Shown here piece by piece: positions 8,281 through 18,023 of a stretch of DNA of 64,000 bases (its first letter is position 1; each line of letters starts with the position of its first letter). The stretch spans positions 1 to 64,000 of the forward strand of contig JALUTT010000077.1 in NCBI GenBank assembly GCA_027021705.1, in the 5' to 3' direction. The notes under the pieces are model-generated. The model was given only the letters and a program-made list of their open reading frames with translations. It did no database searches and was not told the origin of the DNA. The position numbers and the translations under genes are program-made. The stretch comes from Anaerolineae bacterium. GTDB lineage: Bacteria; Chloroflexota; Anaerolineae; S140-20.

Positions 8281-10235
8281 CAGGGAGACTCCGCGCCTGT
8301 CTCACCTCCCGTTCCCACTTTGTAGACGGCCCGCCAGGGGTGGTACTTGCTCACGAAGGTGTTGACGTGCATCACCTGGCCGTTGGCGTCCCGGACAATC
8401 CGTTTGACCGTGGCGGTGAGCCCATCCACGGCCCAATCCACTTGCTTGATGGTGCCCTTGGGCAGTGTTGGGTCCTCCTCGTAGATGGGCTCGCCGTGAG
8501 GGATGATGTCGGTGATCTCCGGTCCGATCATCTCCACCGTCCGCCCGTCGGAGGTGCCGTAGAACTTGAAGGTCAGCCGGTAGCGGGTCGGGTTGACGTA
8601 GGTTTCGATGAGGATGTAGCCGGGCGTGTCGTTGACGAACTTCAGGTCCACCAGGGGGGAGTAGACGGTGGCGTCCAGGCCGGGGGGGATGCCCCCCTGC
8701 TCGTAGTAGCCCACCCGGTAGCCGTGGGCCCAGCGTTCGACGATGGGGAGGCCGGCCCAGAAGGCGGCCCGGAAGGCGGTGGTGGAGACTTGGCAGACGC
8801 CGCCGCCCAGCCCGACGACGGTCCGGTTGCCGTAGATGATGAGGGATTCGTCGTAGCCGGCCTCTTTGCTCACCTCGCCCAGGTACTTGTTGAACGAGAA
8901 GGTCTCCCCGGGGGCGACGAGGATGCCGTGGAAGCGGGAGGCGGCCACGGTGATGTTGTTGACCCGACCGGCTGAAGAACCGGCGAAGTAGGAGGTGTTC
9001 TCCACCAGCAATTCCCGGATGCCCAGTTCCTCAGCGGTGGCGCTGTCGGAGATGGATGGGGGCACGGTGGTCAGCACGGCGGCCACTTCCCGCTCCCCCT
9101 CATCCATCGCGGCAGCCAGCAGCCGGTTCAACGTGGCCTCGAGGTCCAGGGACTGTCCCGGCTTCCCCGGCGTGATGAGCTCCAGTTGGCGGGTTTGGTC
9201 GTTGAAGACGAAGCGGGGGTTCTCCGGCTCCCGGGCGACCAGCTCGGCGATGGGGGTTAGGAAGGCCCGCAGGGCGTCGGTGTCCAGCGTCGCTGTGACG
9301 TGGACGCCATCCTCACGGAGTTCCTCCCCCAGGATCACCAGCCCGGCCAGTTCCTGGGGGGAGAGGACCCACGGCCCCAGGTCGTCGGTGAGGGGCACCG
9401 TGGAGGTAACGGTGAGGGTGATGGGGCCGCTGAGAATAGCTTCTACCCGTCGGCGGGCCTCCGAGGCATCCACCACACGGGGTGGGGTCTCGGCGATGAC
9501 CAGGGGGACCTCGATGGGGGCAATCTGTCCGATGGATGTCTGGAGCAGGGCCAGCGTCGCGCCGACGTTCAACTCCCGGCCTACCTGGGCGGTGGTCTCG
9601 ACGGGGATCGGGGGGCTGTTGACCGCGTCGCGCTGCTCCAGGCGGAGGGCTGCGTCGCGGACGGGCTGGTTGATCTGCTGGGCCAACTCCTCCAGATAGG
9701 CTCGGGCCGTCCGTTCATCGTAGATGATGCGGGGGGCGAGTTGTTCCCCTTCCCACCAGGCGCGGGCCTGTTCGAGAAGCCGGTCCCAGGGAGGGCCGTG
9801 GCGACCGATGCGGAAGGCGGCCATCGCCGTCGCGTCGGCGTCCAGGCGCAGCCCCACCCGCTCCGGTGGCAGTTCCCACCGTCGCTCGCCATCGGTGAAG
9901 ATGACGGGAGCCCGGTGGGGGAAGTTCAGAGCGGCGACGAGGACGGCTTCGGCCTCCTCCGGCGTCATCCCCTCCAGCGGGATGCCCCAGACCTCGACGC
10001 CTGGGTAGATGCGGTCCCGGTAGAAGACTTGGAAGAGGCCAATAGGGAGCCAGATCGCCAGCACCAGCGCGGTCAGAAGGAGGGGGATGGCGATCAAGGA
10101 CTTCCAAGGGTAGGGCTTGCGCTGCGCCGGGCGCACCACACGCACCGCCGGTACGGTTACTTCTCCCAGTTGTGCGCTCGGGCTGCCGCTCTCCACAGGA
10201 CTCTCCAACGCTTCTCCAACGGGTGTACCCACCAC
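8280..10235 (-). CDS. VanW family protein with an N-terminal TM helix and peptidoglycan-binding repeats
   Basis: GETFSFN, GGGVCQVSTT, GLDATVY and DLKFVNDT motifs of the VanW domain; IYPGVEVWGIPLEGMT start of PG-binding-like repeats. Confidence 0.88.
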   Translation of the reverse strand: MVGTPVGEALESPVESGSPSAQLGEVTVPAVRVVRPAQRKPYPWKSLIAIPLLLTALVLAIWLPIGLFQVFYRDRIYPGVEVWGIPLEGMTPEEAEAVLVAALNFPHRAPVIFTDGERRWELPPERVGLRLDADATAMAAFRIGRHGPPWDRLLEQARAWWEGEQLAPRIIYDERTARAYLEELAQQINQPVRDAALRLEQRDAVNSPPIPVETTAQVGRELNVGATLALLQTSIGQIAPIEVPLVIAETPPRVVDASEARRRVEAILSGPITLTVTSTVPLTDDLGPWVLSPQELAGLVILGEELREDGVHVTATLDTDALRAFLTPIAELVAREPENPRFVFNDQTRQLELITPGKPGQSLDLEATLNRLLAAAMDEGEREVAAVLTTVPPSISDSATAEELGIRELLVENTSYFAGSSAGRVNNITVAASRFHGILVAPGETFSFNKYLGEVSKEAGYDESLIIYGNRTVVGLGGGVCQVSTTAFRAAFWAGLPIVERWAHGYRVGYYEQGGIPPGLDATVYSPLVDLKFVNDTPGYILIETYVNPTRYRLTFKFYGTSDGRTVEMIGPEITDIIPHGEPIYEEDPTLPKGTIKQVDWAVDGLTATVKRIVRDANGQVMHVNTFVSKYHPWRAVYKVGTGGETGAESP

Positions 10236-10423
10236 TGAACGTTCTCGCCTCCCGGCATCCGGTAGGAGCGGGGGGAAAGAGGGCCCGGCGCTGGTGCACC
10301 GGGCTGAAGGAGCGAAGCCCCCTGCGGGGGCTCATCTCAGCCCGCAGGGCTTGCCTTGTTTTCCAAGCAGGGGAGCGATCCTGCCCATCGGCTGCCGGAT
10401 CCACGGCTGGAAGGGGGATGGGC

Positions 10424-10927
10424 CTAGGGGCCGGCGAGGCCGGCCGGTTGGCGGTACATCCGACCGTGGACGAAAGGGATCACCCCGTTGCCGAAATCCA
10501 CCTCGATGGCGTAGGCCCACATTCCCTGCTCCACCGGCCAGAGAATCCGGCGGACGAAGCGGGCCGGGAATTCCGGGGAGGCGTTGGTGATCTGGACGGT
10601 GGTGAGGGTCAATCTCCCTTGAGCGTCGGCCCAACCGATGGCCCGCTCGGCCCGTCCATCGCTGCCGAAGAACCAGGCGACGAGCATCTGCTCCCGACGG
10701 TCGTAGTGGATGTAACCGTGCTCGCTGCCCAGCGGCTGGCCGGACTCGTCATAGACGGCTACCTCCAGTGCGAGGTAGTGATCCTTCAGGGCCCAGCGTA
10801 CCTCCCCTTGGAGCCGGTAGCTGGCGCCTTGTCCCGCTCCTTCACCTTCCCAGGAACCGACGAGGTACCAGAGGCGAAGCAGAGCGATCTCTCGGGTGCG
10901 GGTCGTTTCTTGGGTGATTGTCTCCAT
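10424..10927 (-). CDS. Hypothetical beta-barrel protein (DUF1579/THAP4-like)
   Basis: LWYLVGSWEGEG N-terminal motif typical of this fold; GGAGG RBS before the ATG at 10927. Confidence 0.55.
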   Translation of the reverse strand: METITQETTRTREIALLRLWYLVGSWEGEGAGQGASYRLQGEVRWALKDHYLALEVAVYDESGQPLGSEHGYIHYDRREQMLVAWFFGSDGRAERAIGWADAQGRLTLTTVQITNASPEFPARFVRRILWPVEQGMWAYAIEVDFGNGVIPFVHGRMYRQPAGLAGP

Positions 10928-11200
10928 AGCGTGACCTCCGGGATGACGGGGTCGGCCGGCAGAGCGCCCATCCTCCAAACGAGAGTGCGCCATCCGACCC
11001 CTGGGGTGGGATGGTGTTGAAACTCCCCGCGCGCGCCTCGCGGTTTTCGGCCCGCTTCTTCCCTGGTCCTTCCTGGTCTGCTCGCTCGCCCCGTCGGGCG
11101 AAGCGGAGCCTATGCCGCGCCAGGCACCCCCCTGCCTAAATCGTGATGGATTGCAAAGGTTCGGCGTTCAAGACAGCTCACTCTCCTCCTGCTTCCCTCA

Positions 11201-11228
11201 ATTGTAGCACAAAGCCGTGGTAACGCAA
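11201..11228 (-). promoter_or_regulatory. Sigma70-type promoter with extended -10
   Basis: TTGCGT-16bp-TACAAT with a TG extension (TGCTACAAT) on the minus strand. Confidence 0.55.
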
Positions 11229-11238
11229 GGGGGGTGAT

Positions 11239-11375
11239 GCGGTGATTACCCACAAGGGAGCGAGAGAGTGGTCCGTAGCAGGCCGTCCACGAATTTCTCA
11301 CAAATGCACGAATGAGGCGGTCCTTAATTCGTGTATTCGTGCCCCATTCGTGGACGGCTAGTCTCCCTTATCTCC
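11239..11375 (+). mobile_element. MITE family A, copy 1 (right end truncated)
   Basis: Begins GCGGTGATTACCCACAAGGGAGCGAG and is near-identical to the copies at 20016, 26748, 52105 and 55656; lacks the final ~20 bp. Confidence 0.85.
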
Positions 11376-11379
11376 GAGG

Positions 11380-12528
11380 TCACACGAGGACTTCCCGCAC
11401 CCGGGCGCTGGTGTAATCCATCGCCCACACGACGATGACGATGGCCCAGACGGCGACAGAGGCCCAGGTCCACTGGGTCTGGTTGATCCACTGGCGCAGG
11501 ACGAAGCCAATGCCCCCGCCGCCGACGAAGCCGATGATGGTCGAGATGCGGACGTTGATGTCCCAGTGGTAGATGGTGAAGGCCAGGTAAGGGGGGATGA
11601 TCTGGGGAATGACGGCGTAGACAATCACCTGGGCCTCGTTGGCCCCGGTGGCGCGGATCGCTTCGATGGGGCCGGGGTCAATGCTCTCCACCGCCTCGGA
11701 GTAGAGCTTGCCCAAGGAGGCGACGGTGACGACGCTCAGGGCCAGCACGCCGGCGAAGGGGCCGAACCCCACCCAGATGGCGAAGATGGTGGCCAGGATG
11801 ATGGGCTCGATGGAGCGGGTGATGTTGAAGAAGGTGCGGGTCGCTCCGTAGATCAGAGTGCCCAGCCAGGTACGGGGCATGATGTTGCGGGCTCCCAGGA
11901 AGCTGAGGGGGACGGCGACGATCCCACCGGCGGTGGTGGCCATCAGGGCGAGAAAGATGGTCTCGATGATCTTGGCCAGGGTGATCCGCAGGGGCTCGCT
12001 GGGGCGGAGTTGCCCTGACTCCCAGGAGAGTTCGGCACGCAGACCGGAGACGCCGCCCTGCTCCTCCAGCAAGGGGGGGATGGTCGTCTCCACCTGGAAG
12101 CGGCCCTGGGCGTCGGTGGTGAAGCGGGCATCCCGCAGCCGGCCCTGCAGCCCTCGGGGCAGCCAGTAAAGCCGCCCTTGGGTGTTGGGGCGGAAGCCCT
12201 CGCCGGTCACGGTGATGGGCTCCCGGGCTGCGGCGCAGGGCTTCGACAGGGACAACCGTGGCCCCTGGGCCGGGGGGGAGGGTTGGGGCGGCGTCGTCGA
12301 GCAAGGCACCTCGATCACCGTCTCGGCGATCTGGCTCTCCTCTTCCCGCTCTAGGAGGTGGGGGCGCAGCAGGTCCAGCAGGATGTGCCGCGCCTTGGGC
12401 GCACCCTCGATGAGCAGGGAGGGCTGCATGCCGGCCGCGTTCCAGCTCCAGACGTACATCGCTGCGACCAGGAGGAGCAGGAAGAGGCTGCGTCCCCAAC
12501 GGAGCCAGGAGTAGGCTTGTCCCTTCAC
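11380..12528 (-). CDS. phnE: Phosphonate/phosphite/phosphate ABC transporter permease PhnE (paralog 2) with a large extracytoplasmic insert
   Basis: GKLYSEAVESIDPGPIEAIRATGA EAA-like motif and WDINVRISTIIGFVGGGGIG; the GTG at 12528 overlaps the upstream stop. Confidence 0.88.
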   Translation of the reverse strand: MKGQAYSWLRWGRSLFLLLLVAAMYVWSWNAAGMQPSLLIEGAPKARHILLDLLRPHLLEREEESQIAETVIEVPCSTTPPQPSPPAQGPRLSLSKPCAAAREPITVTGEGFRPNTQGRLYWLPRGLQGRLRDARFTTDAQGRFQVETTIPPLLEEQGGVSGLRAELSWESGQLRPSEPLRITLAKIIETIFLALMATTAGGIVAVPLSFLGARNIMPRTWLGTLIYGATRTFFNITRSIEPIILATIFAIWVGFGPFAGVLALSVVTVASLGKLYSEAVESIDPGPIEAIRATGANEAQVIVYAVIPQIIPPYLAFTIYHWDINVRISTIIGFVGGGGIGFVLRQWINQTQWTWASVAVWAIVIVVWAMDYTSARVREVLV

Positions 12529-13931
12529 ACGATCCGCTCCCGTACCTGCGCACTGAGGTAGTCCAGCACCGAGACGACGATGGCGATGGCCCAGATGGCC
12601 GTCGCCGCCGCCCGGTAGTCCGACAGCCGAATCCACTGCTGAAGCAGGAAGCCGATGCCCCCGCCGCCGACGAAGCCGATGATGGTGGACATACGGACGT
12701 TGATGTCCCAGCGGTAGACGCTGAAGGCGACGAAGGGGGGCAGGACCTGGGGGATGACGGCGTAGACGATGACCTGGAGCCGATTGGCTCCGGTAGCGGT
12801 GATGGCCTCGATGGGACCGGGGTCAATGCTCTCGATGGCCTCGGAGTAGAGCTTGGCCAGGGCGGCCACCGAGTGGGCGACCAGGGCCAGCACGCCGGCG
12901 AAGGGTCCCAGCCCCACCCAGACCACGAAGACGATGGCCATGATCAGCGGCTCGATGGAGCGCAGGATGTTGAAGGCGGTGCGCGCGGCGTAGTAGATCG
13001 CCGTGCCCACGGGGTTGACGGTCATCAGGTTGCGGGCTCCCAGGAAGCTCAGCGGCACGGCCAGGAGGATCCCCAGCGTCGTCGCCATCAGGGCCTGGGC
13101 GATGGTCTCCCCCATCCGCTCGGTGACGAGCCAGAAGGTCTCGCTGGGGCGGGGGGGGCCGACCTCCCGGCTGATCCGAGCGATGATATGGTGGGTCTGC
13201 GGCCCGGTGCGGAAGGATCGGGGCACCGCCTCGGGGACGATGATGGTGAGGGTGAACTGGCCGTTGGCGTCGGTCTGGAAGTCCACAAAGTGGCCCTCCT
13301 GACGCAGGTGCTGCTCCTGGCCGATGGGGTTCTCCCACCAGATCTCCCCTCGGGTCGAAGGGGGCAGGTTGATGCCCCGCAGGGTGACCACGTCGCCGAT
13401 CTCGGCGCAGGTGGGCTCGACCACCAGATAGGGGGCATCGGTCGGTGGGGTATCCGGCGTTGGGGGTGTCTCCGAGCAGGGCACCTCGATCCCCACGCGG
13501 CTTTCCTGGATCTCCCGATCGCGGGTGAGGACGTCGGGCTGCAGCAGGCTCTTCACCACCGGCTGAATCTTGGGCATCCCGACGACGAGCTTGCCCAGGT
13601 CAATCTCGGTGACCTGCCAGCCGATGGCGTAGACGGCCAGGGCGGCCAGCAGCGCGCCGGAGACGGCCGAGGAGCGCTCCCCTCGGGCTATCTTCCTGGC
13701 GTCCCAGGCCCCCCACAGCCAGACCGGCACCAGGCTCAGGTAGAGCCAGGGGATGTCCAGCCAGAGGAGGAGCAGGACCAGGACGGCCTCGACGCCGAAG
13801 AGGGCCAGGCCGCGCTCACGAGCCCCCAGGTAGGCCTGTCCCAGCCCCGGCAGGAGCAGCGAGAGGAGCCCGGCAAGGGCCGGCGATCGAACCGATCGGA
13901 GTTCCCCTGGGTCCCGTTTCGTTTTTTTCAT
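12525..13931 (-). CDS. phnE: Phosphonate/phosphite/phosphate ABC transporter permease PhnE (paralog 1) with N-terminal TM extension and extracytoplasmic insert
   Basis: AKLYSEAIESIDPGPIEAITATGA and RWDINVRMSTIIGFVGGGGIG motifs. Confidence 0.88.
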   Translation of the reverse strand: MKKTKRDPGELRSVRSPALAGLLSLLLPGLGQAYLGARERGLALFGVEAVLVLLLLWLDIPWLYLSLVPVWLWGAWDARKIARGERSSAVSGALLAALAVYAIGWQVTEIDLGKLVVGMPKIQPVVKSLLQPDVLTRDREIQESRVGIEVPCSETPPTPDTPPTDAPYLVVEPTCAEIGDVVTLRGINLPPSTRGEIWWENPIGQEQHLRQEGHFVDFQTDANGQFTLTIIVPEAVPRSFRTGPQTHHIIARISREVGPPRPSETFWLVTERMGETIAQALMATTLGILLAVPLSFLGARNLMTVNPVGTAIYYAARTAFNILRSIEPLIMAIVFVVWVGLGPFAGVLALVAHSVAALAKLYSEAIESIDPGPIEAITATGANRLQVIVYAVIPQVLPPFVAFSVYRWDINVRMSTIIGFVGGGGIGFLLQQWIRLSDYRAAATAIWAIAIVVSVLDYLSAQVRERIV

Positions 13932-13955
13932 CACCGGTGGTGGCCTCGATGTCCT

Positions 13956-14714
13956 CTACCGTACCTCGACCTCGGCGGCCTCTTCCCCGTAGATTTCTTT
14001 GAACCGCTGCTCGTCTATCTCCTCGGGCCGGCCGTCGAAGACCAGACGGCCCTCCCGCAGGGCGATGATGCGCGTTCCGTACCGCCGGGCCAGGCTCAGG
14101 AAGTGCAGGCTGCACAGCACCGTCACGCCGCGCTCCCGGTTCAGCAACTCGATGTACTGGAGCACCGAGTGGGAGGTGGCCGGGTCCAGGCTGGAGACGG
14201 GCTCGTCGGCCAGCATCAGCTTCGGCTCCTGCATCAGCGCGCGGGCGATGCCCACCCGTTGCTGCTGCCCCCCGGAGAGCTCGTCGGCCCGGCTGTGGGC
14301 CTTGTCGGCGATGCCCACCAGTTCCAGGTTGTGCATGGCCATTTCGTGGGCCTCCCGGGGGAACCGGTGGAACAGGCTCAGCCAGGGGTTGACGTACCCC
14401 AGGCGGCCGGAGAGGACGTTGGTCAGGACGGAGGAGCGCTTCACCAGGTTGAACTGCTGGAAGATCATCCCGATCTGGCGGCGGATCTTTCGCAGCTCTT
14501 CATGGGAGGCAGCGGTGATGTCCACGCCGTTCCAGATGATCCGCCCCGAGGTGGGCTCCACCAGGCGGTTGATGCAGCGCAGCAGGGTGGATTTGCCCGA
14601 GCCGGAGAGGCCGATGATCACCAGGAACTCGCCTTCCTCGACGGTGAAGCTGACATCGTCGAGGGCGACGGTTCCATCTTCGTAGACTTTGGTCAGATGC
14701 TGAATCTCAAGCAC
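13956..14714 (-). CDS. phnC: Phosphonate ABC transporter ATP-binding protein PhnC
   Basis: GLSGSGKST, IFQQFNLV, VLTNVLSGRLG, LSGGQQQRVGIARAL, LADEPVSSLDP; probable GTG start at 14714. Confidence 0.92.
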   Translation of the reverse strand: MLEIQHLTKVYEDGTVALDDVSFTVEEGEFLVIIGLSGSGKSTLLRCINRLVEPTSGRIIWNGVDITAASHEELRKIRRQIGMIFQQFNLVKRSSVLTNVLSGRLGYVNPWLSLFHRFPREAHEMAMHNLELVGIADKAHSRADELSGGQQQRVGIARALMQEPKLMLADEPVSSLDPATSHSVLQYIELLNRERGVTVLCSLHFLSLARRYGTRIIALREGRLVFDGRPEEIDEQRFKEIYGEEAAEVEVR

Positions 14715-14737
14715 CGTTCGTCCCACCAGGTTGGTGA

Positions 14738-14769
14738 GGTGCCCGGCACCCCAGGAGGTGCCGGGCACC
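14738..14769. repeat. Perfect 13-bp-stem intergenic palindrome (REP-like or mRNA-stabilising hairpin) after phnD
   Basis: GGTGCCCGGCACC-6nt-GGTGCCGGGCACC. Confidence 0.65.
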
Positions 14770-14783
14770 GGCAAGATCGGTCT

Positions 14784-15725
14784 CTACTTGGCCAGTTCCT
14801 CGATGTCCACGCCGGCCGCGTCCAGCGTGGCCCGGAAGCCGTCGTAGAAGGAGTCGTCCACCTCCACCAGGTCCTCAATCTCGTAGACCTGCTTGAGGGC
14901 TTCCTTCCCCTCGTCGGTCTGGGCGATCTCCAGGAGCGCGTTCTTGATGGTCTCGACGACCTCCGGCGGCAGGTCCTTGCGGACCGAGACGGTGTCGTTG
15001 GGGATCTGCGGCGATTCGGCGATGACGACCACCTTCTCCATCACATCGGGGAGGTCCTTCTCGACGGTGCGTCGGGCGTCCACATAGGTGGCTCCCGCGT
15101 CGCAGTCGCCGTTGTAGACGGCGATGACGACGTTGTTGTGAGAGCCGGCCTCGACGGTCTTGGCGAAATCCTTGTCCGGGTCAATGCCCGCCGCCTGGAG
15201 CATCACTCGGGGGATGACGTAGCCTGAGGTGGAGAGGGGGTCCACCCAGCACATAGTCTTCCCCTTCAGGTCCTCCAGCGTCTTAATGCCGCTGTCGGCG
15301 CGGACGATGATCTGCCCGGTGTAGTAGGGGCGACCGAAGCGGACGGTGGCCAGGATCACCTCGACGCCGTATTTCTCGTGGGCCAGGATGTAGCCGAAGG
15401 TGTTGAGCCAGCCGATGTCCGCGTTGCCGGCCCCCATCGCCTCGACCACGGCGGCGTAGCTGGTGGCGACGTTGGTGTCAATCTCGTAGCCGGTCTTCTC
15501 CTCTAGCAGGCGCTCGATGGCCTCCCCGCCGGTGATGATCTGCTGGGTATCGCCGGAGGGGACGAAGGACATAATCAGCTTGACCGGCTTCTTCTCGACG
15601 ACGACGGTCTCCTTGACGACGACGGTCTCCTTGACGACCTCGGGCGTCGGCTGCCCGCAGGCGGCCAACAGCCCCAGACTCAGGACGAGGAGCAAGGCGA
15701 GGAAGAACAGGGATCGCTTCTGCAT
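14784..15725 (-). CDS. phnD: PhnD-family substrate-binding lipoprotein
   Basis: AGGAGGAGG RBS, lipobox LAAC, VVKET repeats, SYAAVVEAM, DPLSTSGY, GSH and IPND motifs. Confidence 0.92.
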   Translation of the reverse strand: MQKRSLFFLALLLVLSLGLLAACGQPTPEVVKETVVVKETVVVEKKPVKLIMSFVPSGDTQQIITGGEAIERLLEEKTGYEIDTNVATSYAAVVEAMGAGNADIGWLNTFGYILAHEKYGVEVILATVRFGRPYYTGQIIVRADSGIKTLEDLKGKTMCWVDPLSTSGYVIPRVMLQAAGIDPDKDFAKTVEAGSHNNVVIAVYNGDCDAGATYVDARRTVEKDLPDVMEKVVVIAESPQIPNDTVSVRKDLPPEVVETIKNALLEIAQTDEGKEALKQVYEIEDLVEVDDSFYDGFRATLDAAGVDIEELAK

Positions 15726-15844
15726 GGGACCTCCTCCTTTACAGGATGCAAGTAGAAGCCACGCTTCTACGGCGGGCCGGGCTTCTCGGCCCGGCATACG
15801 ACTCCCTCCCCTGATAGGGGCAGATCGGCCTTCCCTGGCCGATG

Positions 15845-16846
15845 CTACCAGACAATGGGGTTCTCCAGGATGGTCACCATCAGCCGGACGGCGTTTTCCA
15901 CATCCCTGATGTCCACCATCTCAGAGGGGCTGTGGATGTGGCGACAGGGGATGGAGAGGCAGCCGGCCGGCACCCCTTCCCGGGTGACCTGGATGGCCAT
16001 AGCATCGGTGGACCCCATGGGGAGCACTTCCAACTGATAGGGGATCCCCGCCTCCTCGGCCCGGCGGATCATCAGTTCCTTGAGCCCTGGATGGGCCAGC
16101 ATCCCTGAGTCCCGCACCTTGATGGCCGGCCCCTTCCCCAGGGAGACGGCCATCGGGCGGTCCTCAGGGCAATCCCCGGTCCCGGTCACGTCCACGGCGA
16201 TGCCCACGTCGGGGTCCAGGCCGAAGGCGGAGGTGCGGGCCCCGCGCAGGCCCACCTCTTCCTGAACGCTGAAGACGAAGGCCACCTGGTGCGGCGTCTT
16301 CTTCAGGCGACGCATCGTCTCGATGAGCACCGCGCAGCCGATCCGATCGTCCATCGCTTTGGCCACCACCCGGTCGCCCAGGTCCGACATCTCCCGTAGG
16401 AAGGCGGCTGCATCCCCCACCCCCACCGGGACGGAGTCCTTGTCCTGAGCGCCAACGTCAATGTAGAACTTCTCCAGGGGGGGCAGCTTCTTTCCCACGG
16501 CGTCGAAGATCCCCTTTTCGACGTTGATCACGCCCACGGTGCCGTTGGCGAAGAGGACCCGGTTGCCCGGTAGCGTGGGGGGGACGACGCCGCCGATGCG
16601 GGTGAAGCGGAGGAACCCCTTGTCGTCCACGTGGGTGACCATCACCCCGATCTCGTCCATGTGGGCGGAGAGCATCACCTTGCGCCCCTGGCCGTCGCCC
16701 TGGCGGAGGGCGATTAGGTTGCCCAAGGCGTCCACCTGGACTTCGTCTGCCAGCCCTGCGATCTCCTCCTGGATGAGGGCGCGCACCTGCTCTTCGTGTC
16801 CTGAAGGACCGTAGGCTTCTGTCAACTTTTTGATCAGCTCTTTCAC
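15845..16846 (-). CDS. M42 (TET) family aminopeptidase
   Basis: SAHMDEIG, KAMDDRIG, QEEVGLRGA and HIHSP metal-ligand motifs. Confidence 0.93.
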   Translation of the reverse strand: MKELIKKLTEAYGPSGHEEQVRALIQEEIAGLADEVQVDALGNLIALRQGDGQGRKVMLSAHMDEIGVMVTHVDDKGFLRFTRIGGVVPPTLPGNRVLFANGTVGVINVEKGIFDAVGKKLPPLEKFYIDVGAQDKDSVPVGVGDAAAFLREMSDLGDRVVAKAMDDRIGCAVLIETMRRLKKTPHQVAFVFSVQEEVGLRGARTSAFGLDPDVGIAVDVTGTGDCPEDRPMAVSLGKGPAIKVRDSGMLAHPGLKELMIRRAEEAGIPYQLEVLPMGSTDAMAIQVTREGVPAGCLSIPCRHIHSPSEMVDIRDVENAVRLMVTILENPIVW

Positions 16847-16922
16847 CGCTGGTTCTCCTTGACGCTGTCTGCTGTAGGCTATCCGCTATCCACCGGTCGC
16901 CGTCCGCCGGCCGCTTTCCTCG

Positions 16923-17939
16923 TTACGGCGTCCACTTCTCCAGAGCAGCCCGCATCAACTGAATGGTCTGCTGGAGGTCAGTCAGGTTGAGCATCGCTAC
17001 CGGCGAGTGGATGTAGCGGCAGGGGACGGAGACGGCTGCCGACGGGACCCCCTCGCGGGTGATGTGGATGGCTCCGGCGTCGGTCCCTCCGATGCCCGGC
17101 TGCTTGATCTGGGTGGGGATGCCCAGGGCCTCCGCCGTGTTGAAGAGGAGCCGGAGCAACCGCTTGTCGGCGATGAAGGAGCGGTCCATCACCGTGATGG
17201 CCGGCCCCTTGCCCAAGGCGGTGGTGGGACTCACGTCCTCCTTGCGGGGGAGGTCGTCGGCGATGGTGCCTTCCAGGACGAAGGCGGCGTCAGGCTCGAT
17301 GGCGTAGGCGGCCACGCGCGCTCCTCGCAACCCCACCTCCTCCTGGACGGTGAAGGCGCCGTAGAGGTCGAAGGGGAGGGGCTCCCCCTGCAGCAGTTCG
17401 ATGAGGACGGCACAGCCGGCCCGGTCGTCGAAGGCCTTGCCCGTCGCCGTCGGCCCCAGCTCCTGGTAGCGGGTCAGGAAGGTGGCCCTTTCCCCCAGCC
17501 GGACCGCCTTCTTGGCCTCATCCTTGCTGGAGGCCCCGATCTCGATCACCAGGCTCTCGATCTTCGGGATCCGCTCCCGTTCGTCCCGCTCCAACAGATG
17601 GATGGGCTTCAGCCCGATGACGCCGGGGATATGATCGGGGCCGACTTGGACCTGGGCTCCGGCCAGCACCCGGGCGTCCAGGCCACCGACGGCGCGGAAC
17701 TTGAGGCCGCCGTCGCCGGTGTAGCCGACGACCATCATGCCGACCTCGTCCATATGGGCGGCCAGCATGACCCGGGGGCGGGGCTCAGGGCCGGTGCCCC
17801 GCTTCAGGACCAGGAGGTTGCCTAAGGCGTCCTCCCGCATCTCGTCCACGTGATCACCGAGGGCGTCCCGGATGATCCGGCGGACCTCATCTTCCGCGCC
17901 GGAGACGCCTACGGCGTTGGATAACGGTTCCAGGTACAC
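16923..17939 (-). CDS. M42 (TET) family aminopeptidase
   Basis: AAHMDEVG, KAFDDRAG, QEEVGLRGA, YIHSP. Confidence 0.93.
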   Translation of the reverse strand: MYLEPLSNAVGVSGAEDEVRRIIRDALGDHVDEMREDALGNLLVLKRGTGPEPRPRVMLAAHMDEVGMMVVGYTGDGGLKFRAVGGLDARVLAGAQVQVGPDHIPGVIGLKPIHLLERDERERIPKIESLVIEIGASSKDEAKKAVRLGERATFLTRYQELGPTATGKAFDDRAGCAVLIELLQGEPLPFDLYGAFTVQEEVGLRGARVAAYAIEPDAAFVLEGTIADDLPRKEDVSPTTALGKGPAITVMDRSFIADKRLLRLLFNTAEALGIPTQIKQPGIGGTDAGAIHITREGVPSAAVSVPCRYIHSPVAMLNLTDLQQTIQLMRAALEKWTP

Positions 17940-18023
17940 GGTTGTCTCCTCCGAAGCACTAAGGGTCAGCAGCTAGCGGGAGCAAATGGGCGAAGCGACA
18001 AGACGAAGCTCAATAAGCCTGCA

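Noticed and set aside
12873..15227. 784-aa plus-strand ORF
   Set aside because: Antisense shadow of phnE/phnC/phnD, caused by stop-codon scarcity in high-GC DNA; no motifs.
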